A stretch of 53,470 bases of DNA, counting the filler, from Sphacelaria rigidula (Eukaryota), in assembly GCA_964200075.2 (NCBI GenBank). It is 4 parts of 4 records of this genome, joined end to end, with 100 filler letters (N's around TTAATTAATTAA, not from the genome) between each part and the next. Parts side by side here need not be neighbours in the genome. Positions count along the whole stretch, not along the records: positions 13,396 to 26,687 come from CAXNAA020002985.1; positions 26,788 to 40,079 come from CAXNAA020002986.1; 2 more parts are not named here. One strand, written 5' to 3'. The notes beneath the pieces were generated by a model. The model saw only the letters and a list, made by a program, of their open reading frames with translations. It was not told the origin of the DNA and searched no databases. Below are positions 23,691-36,500 of the stretch, one piece after another (position 1 is the first letter of the stretch; the number at the start of each line of letters is the position of its first letter). Both the position numbers and the translations under genes were made by a program.

Positions 23691-24637
23691 GGAAATTACG
23701 AATTCTGCATACTTCTGACGCTGACTACTGTGTATATATATATATATATTTTTTTTTTTCTCTGCACCCCCATCAGGATTGCGCGGGTTGATTACGAAAA
23801 CGTCGGGAGTGAGATGGGCTGATTCCTTGAGACTACAGAATTGTCCCGAGGAAAGAGAGGGGATTGAATTATGACGAAAGAGGAAAATTGCAGTAGCGAA
23901 ACAACTCGGGTACAAGATCTTTACGCATTGCCCGGCACACGCCTTCCATTTTCATTGTTGTAGTCAAGCTTCAAACAGAACATTGTGGATTCTAAGCAAA
24001 TTTTTCGGGTTTTTCGGTCACCACGACTCCTCACGGTTTATGTTTGATCCCAAACTTTGGGAATCGAGAGACATGAGTACACGACATAAAATTCGAGGGG
24101 GAAAAAAATGCCTACAAGCAATTTTGAACGAGATGCGGCCTCACCGGTCTACAGTAGGAAAACCGCTCCATCTACAAAATCTTTGTTACACCAGCATTCG
24201 TACGTGTGAAGACTGATGCCGAGATGGCCCCCCCCCACAAAAAGTGCACCGGAGACCGTCCGGCAAACCGGCTGCGATTCCATGATTGGGCTCGTTTGCA
24301 GCAACTTCGCTCACATTGGGGGCGTGTAGCAGTCCGAAACCAGCTCTAACGGCATTTATGACTATCGCCTCCGTGCACTTTTTTGGCCGGTTCGGGCGGG
24401 GGGGGGTTATATATCGGCAGCAGTCTGAAGTTTCGAATGGGTCTCGGTTCCAGCCGGATCGTGATGTCCCTGATTGGCGGTGTGTTTTTCATGTTTACAC
24501 GTTGCTCCTTGTGTGTATGGCGACAGGCAGCGGCACCAAATGCCACAGAGTACTGTCGAAGGACCAAGACAGGCTGTTCTGACACCGTTCCGAGGAGGGT
24601 GGGGACAGATTTCGGAGCCCCTTGCATCGTCACGTAG

Positions 24638-24752
24638 ATGGCTGTCGGCAGGGAGTGGAGGAAAAGAAGAAGAATCCGATGACGACTTCAAGCCGCAAAG
24701 GAAGGCCGTTTCCACCAACGCAGACGACGTTTCCGAGCTTATCCGGAAGCAG
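24638..24752 (+). pseudogene. Isolated exon-like segment (WLSAGSGGKEEESDDDFKPQRK...LIRKQ), probably from a decayed or TE-borne gene
   Basis: Acceptor cgtAG and donor CAG|GTTCGT around a protein-like frame; no intact partner exons found. Confidence 0.25.
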
Positions 24753-26589
24753 GTTCGTGTGTTATCGTCTGTCTCTATGGTAGCATTTGTCGCTTAGAAA
24801 TTGTCGAGGTTTTCGGTGTGCCAAAAGCTAGACTCCACCACCACCATCACGGCGAGTCGCAGACAACTCAAGCATGAAGACGGCGTGGTATCGTGCTGTT
24901 GCGGCGAAGGGTCTCCACAACGAAAAGCCAATACCGTTCTCCCCCAAACTTGAATTAGTGGAGGATCGGCTCTTCGCAGTATCTGTTGTTCTACAGATCG
25001 GGACTAAATCGATTGATTCATAGAGTGATTCATTGATTGACTGTCGCACATGAACAGCACAGCTACGTGTCAGCGGTGATCACAAGATGGGCTTACCCAA
25101 GGTGAATAAACGGGTACATCCGCTGAAGGGAATTAGATGAAAGGGGAAATATGAGGAAGGGAGTAAGAGAACAAACGGCACATTGCAAATAATGAAATAA
25201 TAGGAAAAGAGAGGAAAATATCCGTCATGGGTAATTTAGGTTAGGAATAGATATCGAGTGGTCACACACGAGCATAGTGTTGCGTAGTGGGACAACGCGT
25301 AGCGCAAAAGGACAGGAGCAACCGCCACATTAACTTCCGTTGCGACCTACGGTCGATTACGAATATGTTGGTAAATGAACGTATTCTACATTCTTGGGAG
25401 CGACTCATTGTGTGTGTGTGCTTTCCTATGGACTCGAGATCGAACCGAATAGACTCAAACGCCGCGGAAATTTTTCACTGGTGAGCTTCCGTATGTTGGT
25501 GCAGCTGTTGCGGTCACAAGTCTGGATTGATGTGGCTGCGACATGAACGCCAACCACAGCCGAGTCTTGTCTAAAGACATTGTTCTAGGTGCCGGAAGCA
25601 CACAGGGAAGGTCGCTTTTGCAAAAGCGTCACACTGTTATGGGTGCGCCTGACCCCCCAAAATGAGCCAAGAAAGTGTCACCGACCAAAAGCACGAACAG
25701 ACCGGAGATCTCGTTCATCCCCTGATTATGCACGCCGTAAAATCCCCCCAAGTACTTGTGATTTGAGTGGGGTTTCCACTTGACGATTTCCCATTTTCGT
25801 CGTCCCGGGCTACAAACCACGGCGTACCTAGGCTACTCACCAGCGTGTATGTGTCCAAGCTACAATCTGGAAAGAGGGTAGAACCAAAGGAGTTATGGTG
25901 ATCGAGAAAATCGCAAAAAAAACATGTTTTTTTCACTTAATTTGTTATAAAACTCGAATCCCGATGAGATAAAAAAATTGGTTGACCGAGTTTTTAGCTG
26001 CCGTCTTGGCGCAAATGATGCAAAAAATTGCATCCCAATCGATGGCCTTGACGATGAGTAATTGGGGCAACCGTTTGGGCTACGGGGGCAATTCGAGTAA
26101 GGATTGTTGCGGTGGGTGCCTCAAACCCTACTGCATCATACTGCATTAGCCATTTCAGGGCACGCCCCGCGGTCAGATCAGTAAAGTCGAATATATATAT
26201 ATATATATATGTGTGTATATATTCAGGTTTAGAGCGTACGCCTCTGAGCACAAGGACACGACCACGGCTATAGGGTGGGTGCGGATGGTAAGCAACAGGA
26301 TGTAGGGTATGAACAGGGAGGGTGTTGTCTGCGTGCGCGACCAACCCGTCGAGAGATTGGATCGTAAAAAAAATCAAGTGTATTTGGGCGGAGCATCCCA
26401 GGACAAAGAAGGGGAAAGGGGACTTTTTGTGTGTGGTCGTGATGATTTCCTCGAACAGCCCATTCATTTTTTTGCCCCAACTAACTAGTATGTCCAACTG
26501 TTGTAGACGAATGCAAGCGCTGAATAAATATTCGGGGGTGGACCCCTTCTTACATTTACAGCTACATTCTTAAACGGGGGCACGCGCGT

Positions 26590-26687
26590 GGGGGGGGGGG
26601 GGGGCTACTCATGATCTTGCATGCCGTATTCATGTGACCATTAACCCCTCATCCCTACAAAGCCGGAACGGAGCACGCCGCGTTTCG
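26590..26687 (-). repeat. Dispersed repeat family A copy, truncated by the contig end
   Basis: Reverse complement of ~1270-1375. Confidence 0.75.
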
Positions 26688-26787
26688 NNNNNNNNNNNNN
26701 NNNNNNNNNNNNNNNNNNNNNNNNNNNNNNNTTAATTAATTAANNNNNNNNNNNNNNNNNNNNNNNNNNNNNNNNNNNNNNNNNNNN
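26688..26787. other. Artificial contig spacer
   Basis: Same N/TTAATTAATTAA/N linker. Confidence 0.97.
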
Positions 26788-27629
26788 GTAGGTGTGGTGG
26801 TGGAGGGGGGTGGGGTGGTTGGGGTTTAAGGTGGGTAGTGTGTGGTGGACACTTGAATGTAGAAATCATTTTTGGTGGGAACATAAGGAAGAAGGCGAAC
26901 AATAGACGGGATATACTACGCCAGGCAACACAGACACATCACCACACATTGCTGTATCGTTAGACACATCTGAGAACCCTATCGTACGTAGCTCCCACGG
27001 AAGACTGGCCACCGCGAGAGGGTAGTGCTCGTGCTCTTGTTGTACAGTCTAGATCCGTGGATATAGTATGGAATGCGCCAAGGTCGGTAGTCCTACAGAC
27101 AGTGAGTCCCTCTTGGAGATGAGACACCTAGCAAGGCTCATTATCGCGGGGAAATCATTCTCGTGATTGTTGCAAGCGTGCGTTGGGTAGGAAAAAATAC
27201 CTGGGCATTTACTGTTCCGAGTTTCGTGTTGCGTTGGTCTGGCCTCCAACCTGTCAAGCATCAGATAGAGTTGGGCACGATCGTAATTATCTACCTAATA
27301 TCTCGGTAATGTCGAGTACGTTCTCAATACGTTACCCTAGTTTTTGGTACTTACAGCTCGATTATTTCAAATACCCGAGGGTAGGAAATAGCCTGCCCAA
27401 CACACACACACACCCTTGTGAAGTTGTCCACGGGACGTCAGGAACGTGTCCTCCACATATCATTACAAAATTATAATGCTCCTGATATTCAAGTTTCAAC
27501 TATTATTATAGTTGTTGGAAATCACTGCGCACAATTATGTGGGGGGGGTATCTCGGTGCCCCAAATAGGAAGAGATCAACACAGTAATACAGCACGATAC
27601 GTGTGCCAAGAATATTTACATAGGGCAGT

Positions 27630-27935
27630 TTGTTTTTCGTCACACTTTTGAGCCCGTCCCGCTTTCCTTCCTCGGGACGAATCCGTGGTCTCAAGACATC
27701 AACCGCTCCTCTCTTCCCCTGTACATTCCTCGCATTTTTGGTCTCGTGGATTGGATCATGACCATCAGCATTCCTGCACAGCGTCAACTCTCGTTCAACA
27801 AACTCAGTCGAACTATTTTTGCTGGTCACGGTCTGTTGCTGTTTGCTCTTTCAACTGCGGAAATCATGAACTTCCCAAAAGGAAACCCAGAAGCATCTGG
27901 CGATAATTGAATCCGCGTTCTTTTCACCCTAATAA
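27630..27935 (-). mobile_element. SINE family 2, diverged copy
   Basis: CAAACTCAGTCGA, TTTTGGTCTCG and CCGTGGTCTCAAG blocks match the family. Confidence 0.7.
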
Positions 27936-28822
27936 TGTAACAATATAACAGTCTAACGATGTAAGGATGTAACGATGGTGTCAGTTCGGCCATTAGGCGA
28001 CCGAGACGCGGTTGTAAATGCAAACGTCATGGGAGAGATGGGTTACTGACTGGATTTACTTATGGTGAAGAATAGACCCCCCAGAAACGACCCTCACGCA
28101 AACATTAGCCGGCAAGCTGGTATTGCTTCCATGCCAGACACCCTACCTAGCCTACATAGCCTACATAACGGATGGGGTACACCCTGTCAGTCTGAGAGCT
28201 TCAATTTCTGCTTGGTCGGGAGGTGACGTACGTGAAGGTACGCCTATCCCTGCCGGATTGAGCTCATCACGCTATCACGCTTAGTTGAAATCACCACTGC
28301 CGCCCCCACTCCTGCTGAACACATGCGTTCGTTTGGACTGTTCGGGTCCGGCACCCTGCATTGTGCATCATCACCATGTCATTGAAGATCCGAAATAGAC
28401 ATCGCCCGGCCAGAATTGCCGACAACAGCCATGGCGTGCCCTTTGGCAACAACAAAAAATACATGGTTGGGAATGGAGTTATTCCTGAATACGATTTTAA
28501 TTTTTCGGAGATGGTCAACATTAGCTACAACGACAAGTTGTGCGGATAACGCCGGGACGCAAGCTCGGTTGGAGAAACGGTTTGTTGCCCTCGACGGATG
28601 CCCTGAGAAAATTTGGACTGCAATAAATTTCTTGCCACTTTGCCTGCCGTCATTAGATATCTCGTGCATTTCTCCCGAGTCTCTTCATGACTACATATTC
28701 CACCCTGGACAAGCGCCTCGTATATGTATACGTACACCTCTAAACATTACACTGTTGTTTTTTCCGCGCGGCAAAAGGCGAAAAGTGAGCTAGCTCACCA
28801 TCCCAGACCCCACCATATCTTC

Positions 28823-28960
28823 TATACCCTAGACAATGGAATACACTGTCAAAAAGTGTACTGCGTACAGTATGGACTATTGCGCCTATTGCAATAGGCA
28901 ATAGATTCCATACTGTACGCAGTACATTTTTTGATAATATAATCTATTGTCCAGGGTGTG
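28823..28960. mobile_element. 138-bp palindromic MITE with an 8-bp TSD
   Basis: Flanked by ATATCTTC at 28815-28822 and 28961-28968. Confidence 0.9.
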
Positions 28961-29874
28961 ATATCTTCACCAACCAAGGTATTCAACATAAAGAAGTCAT
29001 ATTCCTCAAGTTACAACTGTTCTGGAATCATATACCCGAGCGCTTGCCCCGCAAGTGGTCTAACAGGTAGCAGATATAGATGTTCTGCAACGTTTGCAAC
29101 AATCATTTTCTTGATCGCAGGTAATGTCCAACAATGTTCACGGAGGTCTAAGCTGAACACAAATCTGACAAAATTTGGGGAAGTTGTTCCAGCTTCAACA
29201 GGTGTCTGAAAGCGTTTGTTTGAGAAAACGTTTTAAACCCTATACTAGATGTTTGGCTTTTCTTCCGCCCTATACACGTGTGAGTTTTTGCCAAGAAATA
29301 TCTGCCCGACGTGCTCTATTTCAAGCTCAAATAAAGCGCCAGCGTGGCTCTAATTGATTCCCGGCGGTTCGGGCATTTTTCGCCAAATTTCTACTTTTTC
29401 GGGAGAATTCTTTGAAATGGAAGCGCATCTCTCAGTCACTCCGTAAGCTGAAGTTGTAAGCTCTCGAATGATATACTTTTTGCCCCTTCGTTCATCACTC
29501 ATCCCCCCCGAATCAAAAACGTCGTGCGTAAATGTCACAACAACACAGGATTGTGGAACAGAGGCAGTCCTTCTTGAATAATGTCGCCGTGTATCGGCAC
29601 GGGGCATCGCACTCTCCGTCCCGCGGCGTACCACCGAGAAAAGAACTCATGATGGTGATCCACTGACTTCTGAAGGCTCACATATCCACAAGGCATGTGC
29701 ATGAATGTCCAAGAAATAATACCAGAATGCACATACGTTTGTTCCCAAACGCGTACTTGATGCCGGCTGTCACATGCATCCTCGACCGCAACACAACACA
29801 CATAGCCGATATCCACCCTTGACTAGTACTGACGGGTGATGCTACAAAAGGCAAAAAAGATCCCAAAAACGCAC

Positions 29875-30001
29875 CTTTCCCAATCTATCCACAATATTTG
29901 CCAACCCCGCCCTGGGCTCTCCACGCCTTCGCCCCGGAGACGGAGGCACAACTGATGGTCGATTGTGAGACCTGCACATAGCACTCCTGGAAGACGAGCA
30001 G
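29875..30001 (-). CDS. WD40 gene C-terminal exon (...AGLANIVDRLGK)
   Basis: Acceptor ttcttcAG after a pyrimidine tract, donor AAG|GTGCGT. Confidence 0.55.
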
Positions 30002-33000
30002 CTGAAGAACAGGCACGGGGGAAAGGGGAAGCAGTGGTGCGGTTGAGACATATACAAGTGTATCAGGAGCAGGAGCAAGAGAACGGTACAGTACCGACCA
30101 GTACGGTTTTACATGTGACGAGCCCGAAGTGTGTCGTGACGACTTCGACTTTCACCATCCTGAGCCCTGACGACATTTTAGCGATAGGTTCCCATATGTG
30201 ACTTGATATATCACATTCCGTCGAAAACAACCACGCCTAAGCAGCAAAATGCGTTGTACACGCGGACTGCCCTCGTGCATATGCACACGCTACTTCCTCT
30301 CCCGCTCAACCGCTTCCGCTTCCCCAATCCTGGCCGATAAACTTCCCGTGCATAACATTCGCGTATGCCGGCACTACCTTGTCCAGTCACTTTTGGAGTC
30401 ACAATGACTGTGTCCCGTCCTCTCCGACGCAGCTTGCATCAACGCACGGTTCACGGCACGTGAGCACGAAGCAGATCCGGCTCCCGAACCCGCGCCGTCC
30501 CCGGTTTTGCTCTCTTGATCCCCGATCTTCGCTGCCCCAGTTTCCGCGTCTCCCTCCGGTTCCACTTTCACAACCCCACCGGTGCCATTCGTGGATCCTT
30601 TTCGTTGGCGTAGAAGCTGTGCCTGCGTTGCTCGACGATCCATTTGAGACGACATTTCTACATTCTTCGAGTGCGCTATCGGTGTTCCTACTGAAGAAAA
30701 TGTGCGCAACATGTATCCGTCCTATGCAAGGGGAGTAGTGAGATACTCCGAAGCAGCTGGGGTGGCATATCTAACGATAAACTTGCCTCGCCTGGCAGAC
30801 GTCGTCGTAGCCTAGACTACGATTGACGAGAGTGATGAACAAAGAATTCAATATTCAGCACGGAATTTCAACTCTCGGTCATTTCTACAAAGACAGGCCC
30901 GCTCCATCGCGCACGCTCTATTTGCCGCCCTCCACGGAGTACACGCATTTCTATGTTATATGCTGAAAAAAAAACGCCCTCGGGGCATCACCTTCCGTGA
31001 AAACTCGAGCACACACCTGTTTGAGCGGTGAAGGTTCAGCGGAAGGGAGGGAAGTCGCACCACTGTCACTATGCCGGGAACGCCTCCGACTAGCGAAGCT
31101 GCCGCTACCACGGTGCTTATACTCGTCTCCATGGTGATGCTGCTGTCGGTTGTGCTGTCCTCCTGACGAAGGATGGGGGAACATTAGGGTCTCCACTTCC
31201 TCGGTTTGCGCCTGCAGGAGTGTGTCGCGCCTGTTCTGGTCCATGCGCTCGAGAACGTTTTTGGCTTCCGCCGCCTCAGCCTCAGCTAGGGCGTTGACGT
31301 TTACGCTGAAGGTTCGTACCAGGGGCAACATGGCACGCGAAGGCCAGGAGCTTCAAGGTAAACGGCGAGGGAAGGAGTCACGGTGATGGGGCGGACATAT
31401 GGTGGTGGACGCGATCCACATATAGACGAATGCATAGGGTAGTTGAGGTAGTGAAGGTAGCTAAGGTAGCTAAGGTAGTTACTGTTGAATCGTCCGAAAC
31501 GCACAAAAGCATCGTTTCTTTCGACGGAGCTTTTAGGAGTGTAGGGCGCCTGGTGTGATGCAGCGCACCTTTGACAATTCGGAAGGAAGAAACTCACAAC
31601 ATTCAAACTCTGCCTGGCACTACAGGAAGATGATTCATGCTGTAATTCTGCGCGTTGCGCGTGCTCGGCGACTGCGGTTCTTGCCTGAAGGACCACCGCG
31701 GGTTTGGCGCATGCGGCGCGAGGCCTTGCTGCAGTAATCCCTGTGGGCGGCCGTCCAGGGTCCAAGCCTTCACGCAACGGTCGGCCCCGCTTGTTACTAG
31801 AGCCGGTGGATCCGTTGATACAAGGACTACCAAGCCTATAGAGTCTTCGTGAGCGCTTTCCGCGCCCCAAACGAAGTCCACCATGTGGGCCGAAACTGCC
31901 GTTCCTGTGGTGGGTAGCTGGGCGTGGATAGCGGGACGCGAGTAGCGCCGAAAGAGACACAGATGCATGGTGGCTTCATGTTCCTTCAGCAAAACGATGG
32001 TTGATATCAAGAGCGATCAATTTACAACGTTTTGGTTGTGCACGTCGTATTTTCTGACTACGTAGTCTCTCGGCCGCGAAGGATGCCCGCGAGAACTCCA
32101 GTGCCACAGTAGATGTTTAGCATGGCCAAGACATCGTGAACTGCGAGAGGAGAAAACTGACTTGTACTGAATGCCGACTGTCTCACCGCGATATTGACGA
32201 TACTGCTCTTTTTCCTCGTCTTATCTCCCCTGAGGATGCCGCCCCCCTGCTTGCACGTGAAGACACGAACGGAGTTTTCGTCATTCTGCTAGCTGGCATT
32301 TAGGACGAGCGTTTGCGTTGGTTTTGATCGAACAAAAATCGATTCGTCCTCTACTGATGATGAACATACGTACACGACCGACATCTCACTCCATCTACTC
32401 TGACGTATCGCTCGGTAGCTCTTCGTAGATAATTCTAAGAACGCTCAAAGAGAACACACGAGCATTCCTTTCAGAATCTATTCTAACCACCCACCTGGGA
32501 TCGCCGTTTCCCCCCCGCTCCGCCACCACCGCCTCCCACCGCGCCTCCTTCCCATGTCGCCCCTCCCGTTGTACTGCACTCACCGTGAGGAGTTTCTAGT
32601 TCTGTTCCCGTCAAAAGCTGTGCTCCTAGGGCTTTCAAAACTCGTCTCAGACTCCAGCATCTGAAGAGATTGAAGATCGCATTTTTGGACAAGCTTAGAC
32701 AACCCAAGCCGGCTTGGCGCAACAATAGCCAGTGCCCTTGTTCCCCGCCGGTCCCGGGTTGCTCTCCAGTTTTCCTTGTCACATGGTTGTTGGCGTTTGT
32801 GTTGTCTCTCGTATTGTTGCTGTACCCCCGTCGAGAGAGAGAGAGAGGTCATGCCTTGGCTATCGGAGAATATGCTACGCCGCCTTCACATTTCGTTTAG
32901 TCGTCACAATAACTTTCATTACTACCCCGCGAAATGAGTTGCGGCCGACAGTATGGCGTGTATGAAACGGCGGTCCAAGCGCGTCGAGAACGGGTCGAGG

Positions 33001-33518
33001 GACGCCAATAGAAGGACGTTACTCGGATATTCTATCGACGTACCTTTTCGTGCTATTATGAAGATGATGAAGAGCTCTACACGACCAAGGTCACACCTGA
33101 GGCGGCCCGTCTCATCTCCAGTGTAGAGGCGATACGTTGACGAATCCCACGCGGTGCTAATCACCTGTCGCAGCAAGAACGTCCGAGTAGCCACTTTCAA
33201 ATTATTCGGATCTCTCAGTATGTACACACGATTGCTCAAACGATTCTTGAAGATCGCATCCACCTTCATGCCGTAACTCCACACGAAAGTCCCCATCGTG
33301 CTGGTGGCGCCAACTCACATTCGTATGCTATACCCTCTCATTCCTGAGAGGGATCATTAGATCCGTCATTAGGCCTGTGCTCTCTGGTATTGTGTGCATT
33401 TCACTCCTTTTCATAGTTTTTACCTGCAAGGCCGAGTCCTTGCGCGGGGTTAACCGGGGGTGCACCCTCCATTCCGAGAATTCGTTCTCCTCGTCGTCGT
33501 TACCGCTCGTACCATAAT

Positions 33519-33558
<40 letters not shown>

Positions 33559-36500
33559 GCTGACTCGCCCGTTGCGCGGTGTCATAGCGGCGGCGTCTCC
33601 TTCCTCCGCCGGTGCGGGAGAGGAGCATGCATTTCGATTCTGCTCCTGCTTCTCCCGAGTTTCAGGTGACTTCCGTCGGTTGGTCGATTTGTTCGATTTG
33701 GTTGTTTCGAGCCTGTTGGCGTATACAGTGGCAGGAGGTCGTGTTTGTAGCACGTGAGGTTGTTGTCAGCGGGCGAAAAATCGCAAATTATGGCTTGTAG
33801 TTGTTGGACGCAGAATATTGCAAGACTCGTGTAAGAGGTAAGGAGGTTTCTCATTGAAAAATTGAGCACTTACACCACTGAAATGCTAGCGGTGTTTTGA
33901 AAAAATAAAAAAAATAAAAAATACCAACGCAGCACTCGACGTTTTCATCGTACCCTTCCCACCTAGACACGATGATTGGATGGTAGCCGTGCGAATCTCT
34001 CTCACTGAGCTCATGCCTCAAGTACACGGGTGCCACGTGCCCACCAAGTGTACGGGGAGTTGGCTATGCGCTCCGAACATTCAAAGGGTAAGCTGTAGAG
34101 CCGGTGCTTGTAGAAAATATGCGGACTTGTTTACACTGCGTGCTGCATGTTGCCGAACAGGGTTTTACTGGTATAATCAGTTCTACATGACACAACAGTC
34201 ATCTAGATGGTGCAACTTTCATGTCACCTCAACAGGGGATACTCCGCATGTTTCTCTCCACGGAACGACGCCTCCTTGGGCGATTGGTTAGGAAACGTCA
34301 AAACCAGCACGCCCTTGAAGTGGCCGCCTTTTACCCCCCACACCCTCACGCTCCCATCCGAATAGGTAGCCAGAACAAAGGGGTATGGGTCCAAGAAAAC
34401 CAGAGAGGTCACGCTGCTCACTAGACCTGATGTACGAGTGTTGAGTGCGAAGGGGAACACCCAGGCATAGCGTGAGAGCTTACCCTGATTTTTCGGCAGT
34501 CAATACACGCTATCGGTGTCATCTTGATGAATGCGCTCTGACACCTTGATACTCTATGTTTGTATGGGGGGACGTGGGATGTGTTGACTGCCGTGCGTGT
34601 TAGAGCTTCAACCATGCGTTTCTGGGGGAACTGTTTTCCGAGGAATGGTTGCTGACGGTCAACTTCCCCCCTCTTATGCACAAGACGTGGTTCAAATGTG
34701 GACACCGCACGACATGTGTCGCGCCAACCGCAACCCTCGCTTCTTGACAGCACTGTAGCCTACACGTAGTACATACCAGTGCGTGAACGGGATATTTTGT
34801 TCACAAAGTGCACTTCGACGCGTGACCTGGTGCCTCTTGGGTAGTTATCATCTCTCTCCTCCCCCCCCCTACCCGCGTTTTCTCGTACCTGCTGCCTTCC
34901 CGTGTGCCAGCACATGCTCCTGTCTCCCCGTCGCGAAACTCCAGATCATGATACCGTCCTCCGGGTTGCAGCTACGGGGTTCACACAACCGCGGGTGTAT
35001 GGAAAATGTCTGATGACGCTGGTATCATACAGTTTCGTTTGTCGGGCTGTCCGTCATCCAGTGGGCAGTGGACGCGAATACTAGAGAGGATGATAATCCG
35101 ACAGTGGGTGAGTCGGGGGCGGGTTGTTCGTCCAGAGGCTATCACGCGAGTTCATTTGATGGGGTGAACGCAGTACGGGGGAGTAGAGTAGGGGAAACAT
35201 GCGAGAATATGCCATCAATTTGAAGGAAAAGATCGGCTGAACAAGAACGGTGGAAATTAACCTGTACGCGCTGAGCGCGTGGAGAGTAAGTCGACGCCGA
35301 CTGGAAGGCGAGTCTATGGGTCGGGTCTTGTCTGTCAAATCACGCCAGCGGATTTAAAATACCGTAAATGTCGAGATTGATCACACGCGGGGGACCTGCT
35401 TTTTGCACCTCAGCACTGTGTAAGTACCTGCTTGTGGCGACGAGGCCATTGCCGTGGGACAGCGCAACATTATTGAGGTCATCGGAGTAAATAGATCCTC
35501 CTCCTTCGAAGGTGACCAGAACCACGGCCTTGTCGGGATCCATCTCGTCGTAACACACCATTTCTCCGTCCTGGTTGGGGACACCACGGCAATCATGTAA
35601 TAGCTTTTCTGTCAAGCGTGTGGCGACCTAACAGTCATCTTCTACTTTCGTACAGCAGGTCACTCTGTCACTCTGTCCCCCCGAGTCACTGCTTGGAACC
35701 GCGAGAGTGGTGTTCCCCGATGGAACTTATTGTAGAACGTAGCTGATCATGAGCACAGACTTTAAGAGTCTTTTTCGGAAGTGAGTGGCGTATTTCCACA
35801 AGATTTTGAACACAAAATGCATGGTTCCGAAACTTCGGTGACGGCCTCTTACGGGGACAACGCTTGAAAGACTTAAAAAAGGAAGAACCGGCGATGGAGA
35901 GAGAGAGTCTTGCCTGACAGGCCACAAGCACAGCTTTTTCCTGAGCGCAGTAGATCAGGCCGACGATAGGACCACCTTGCGTGTCGAGATCCTTCATTTT
36001 AGCCCCGTTTCTGAAGTTGTACACGGCTACCTCGCCCTTCGCATTGCCCAGGATGAACTTGCGTTCCCTGTGGAAGTGGAGCACACCAAATCGCTGGCGG
36101 AGTTTAGCTGGCTAGGTACTGCACCTTCTGTCGGATTTTGCCTTTGGCTCAGCGGAATTTCACATACTCCCTGGAAGATAAGAAGGAACGCGGGGGTGGG
36201 ATCTTACCTTGCCCAAGGCTCGACAGATTGTCGCGTGGTGTTGATCCTGTCTATGCATAAATTGTGGTGAGAAGCGTTTTCCGAGTAATGCCGGACAGAA
36301 AATACTCGCCTGCGAGGTAGGGAGGTACCTTGCAATTCTCTATATATCTCTCTTCTTGGTCTCAGACGCTAACCGAATGATTCCGTCCTTATTTGTTTTC
36401 AAAAAGTAACAACAATCAAGAGTTTCTCGATTTAAGTTGCCACTGAGAGCGCCACTGTTTGAACTAAACCTGGGAACTGGGCCAACAACGACAACATATG

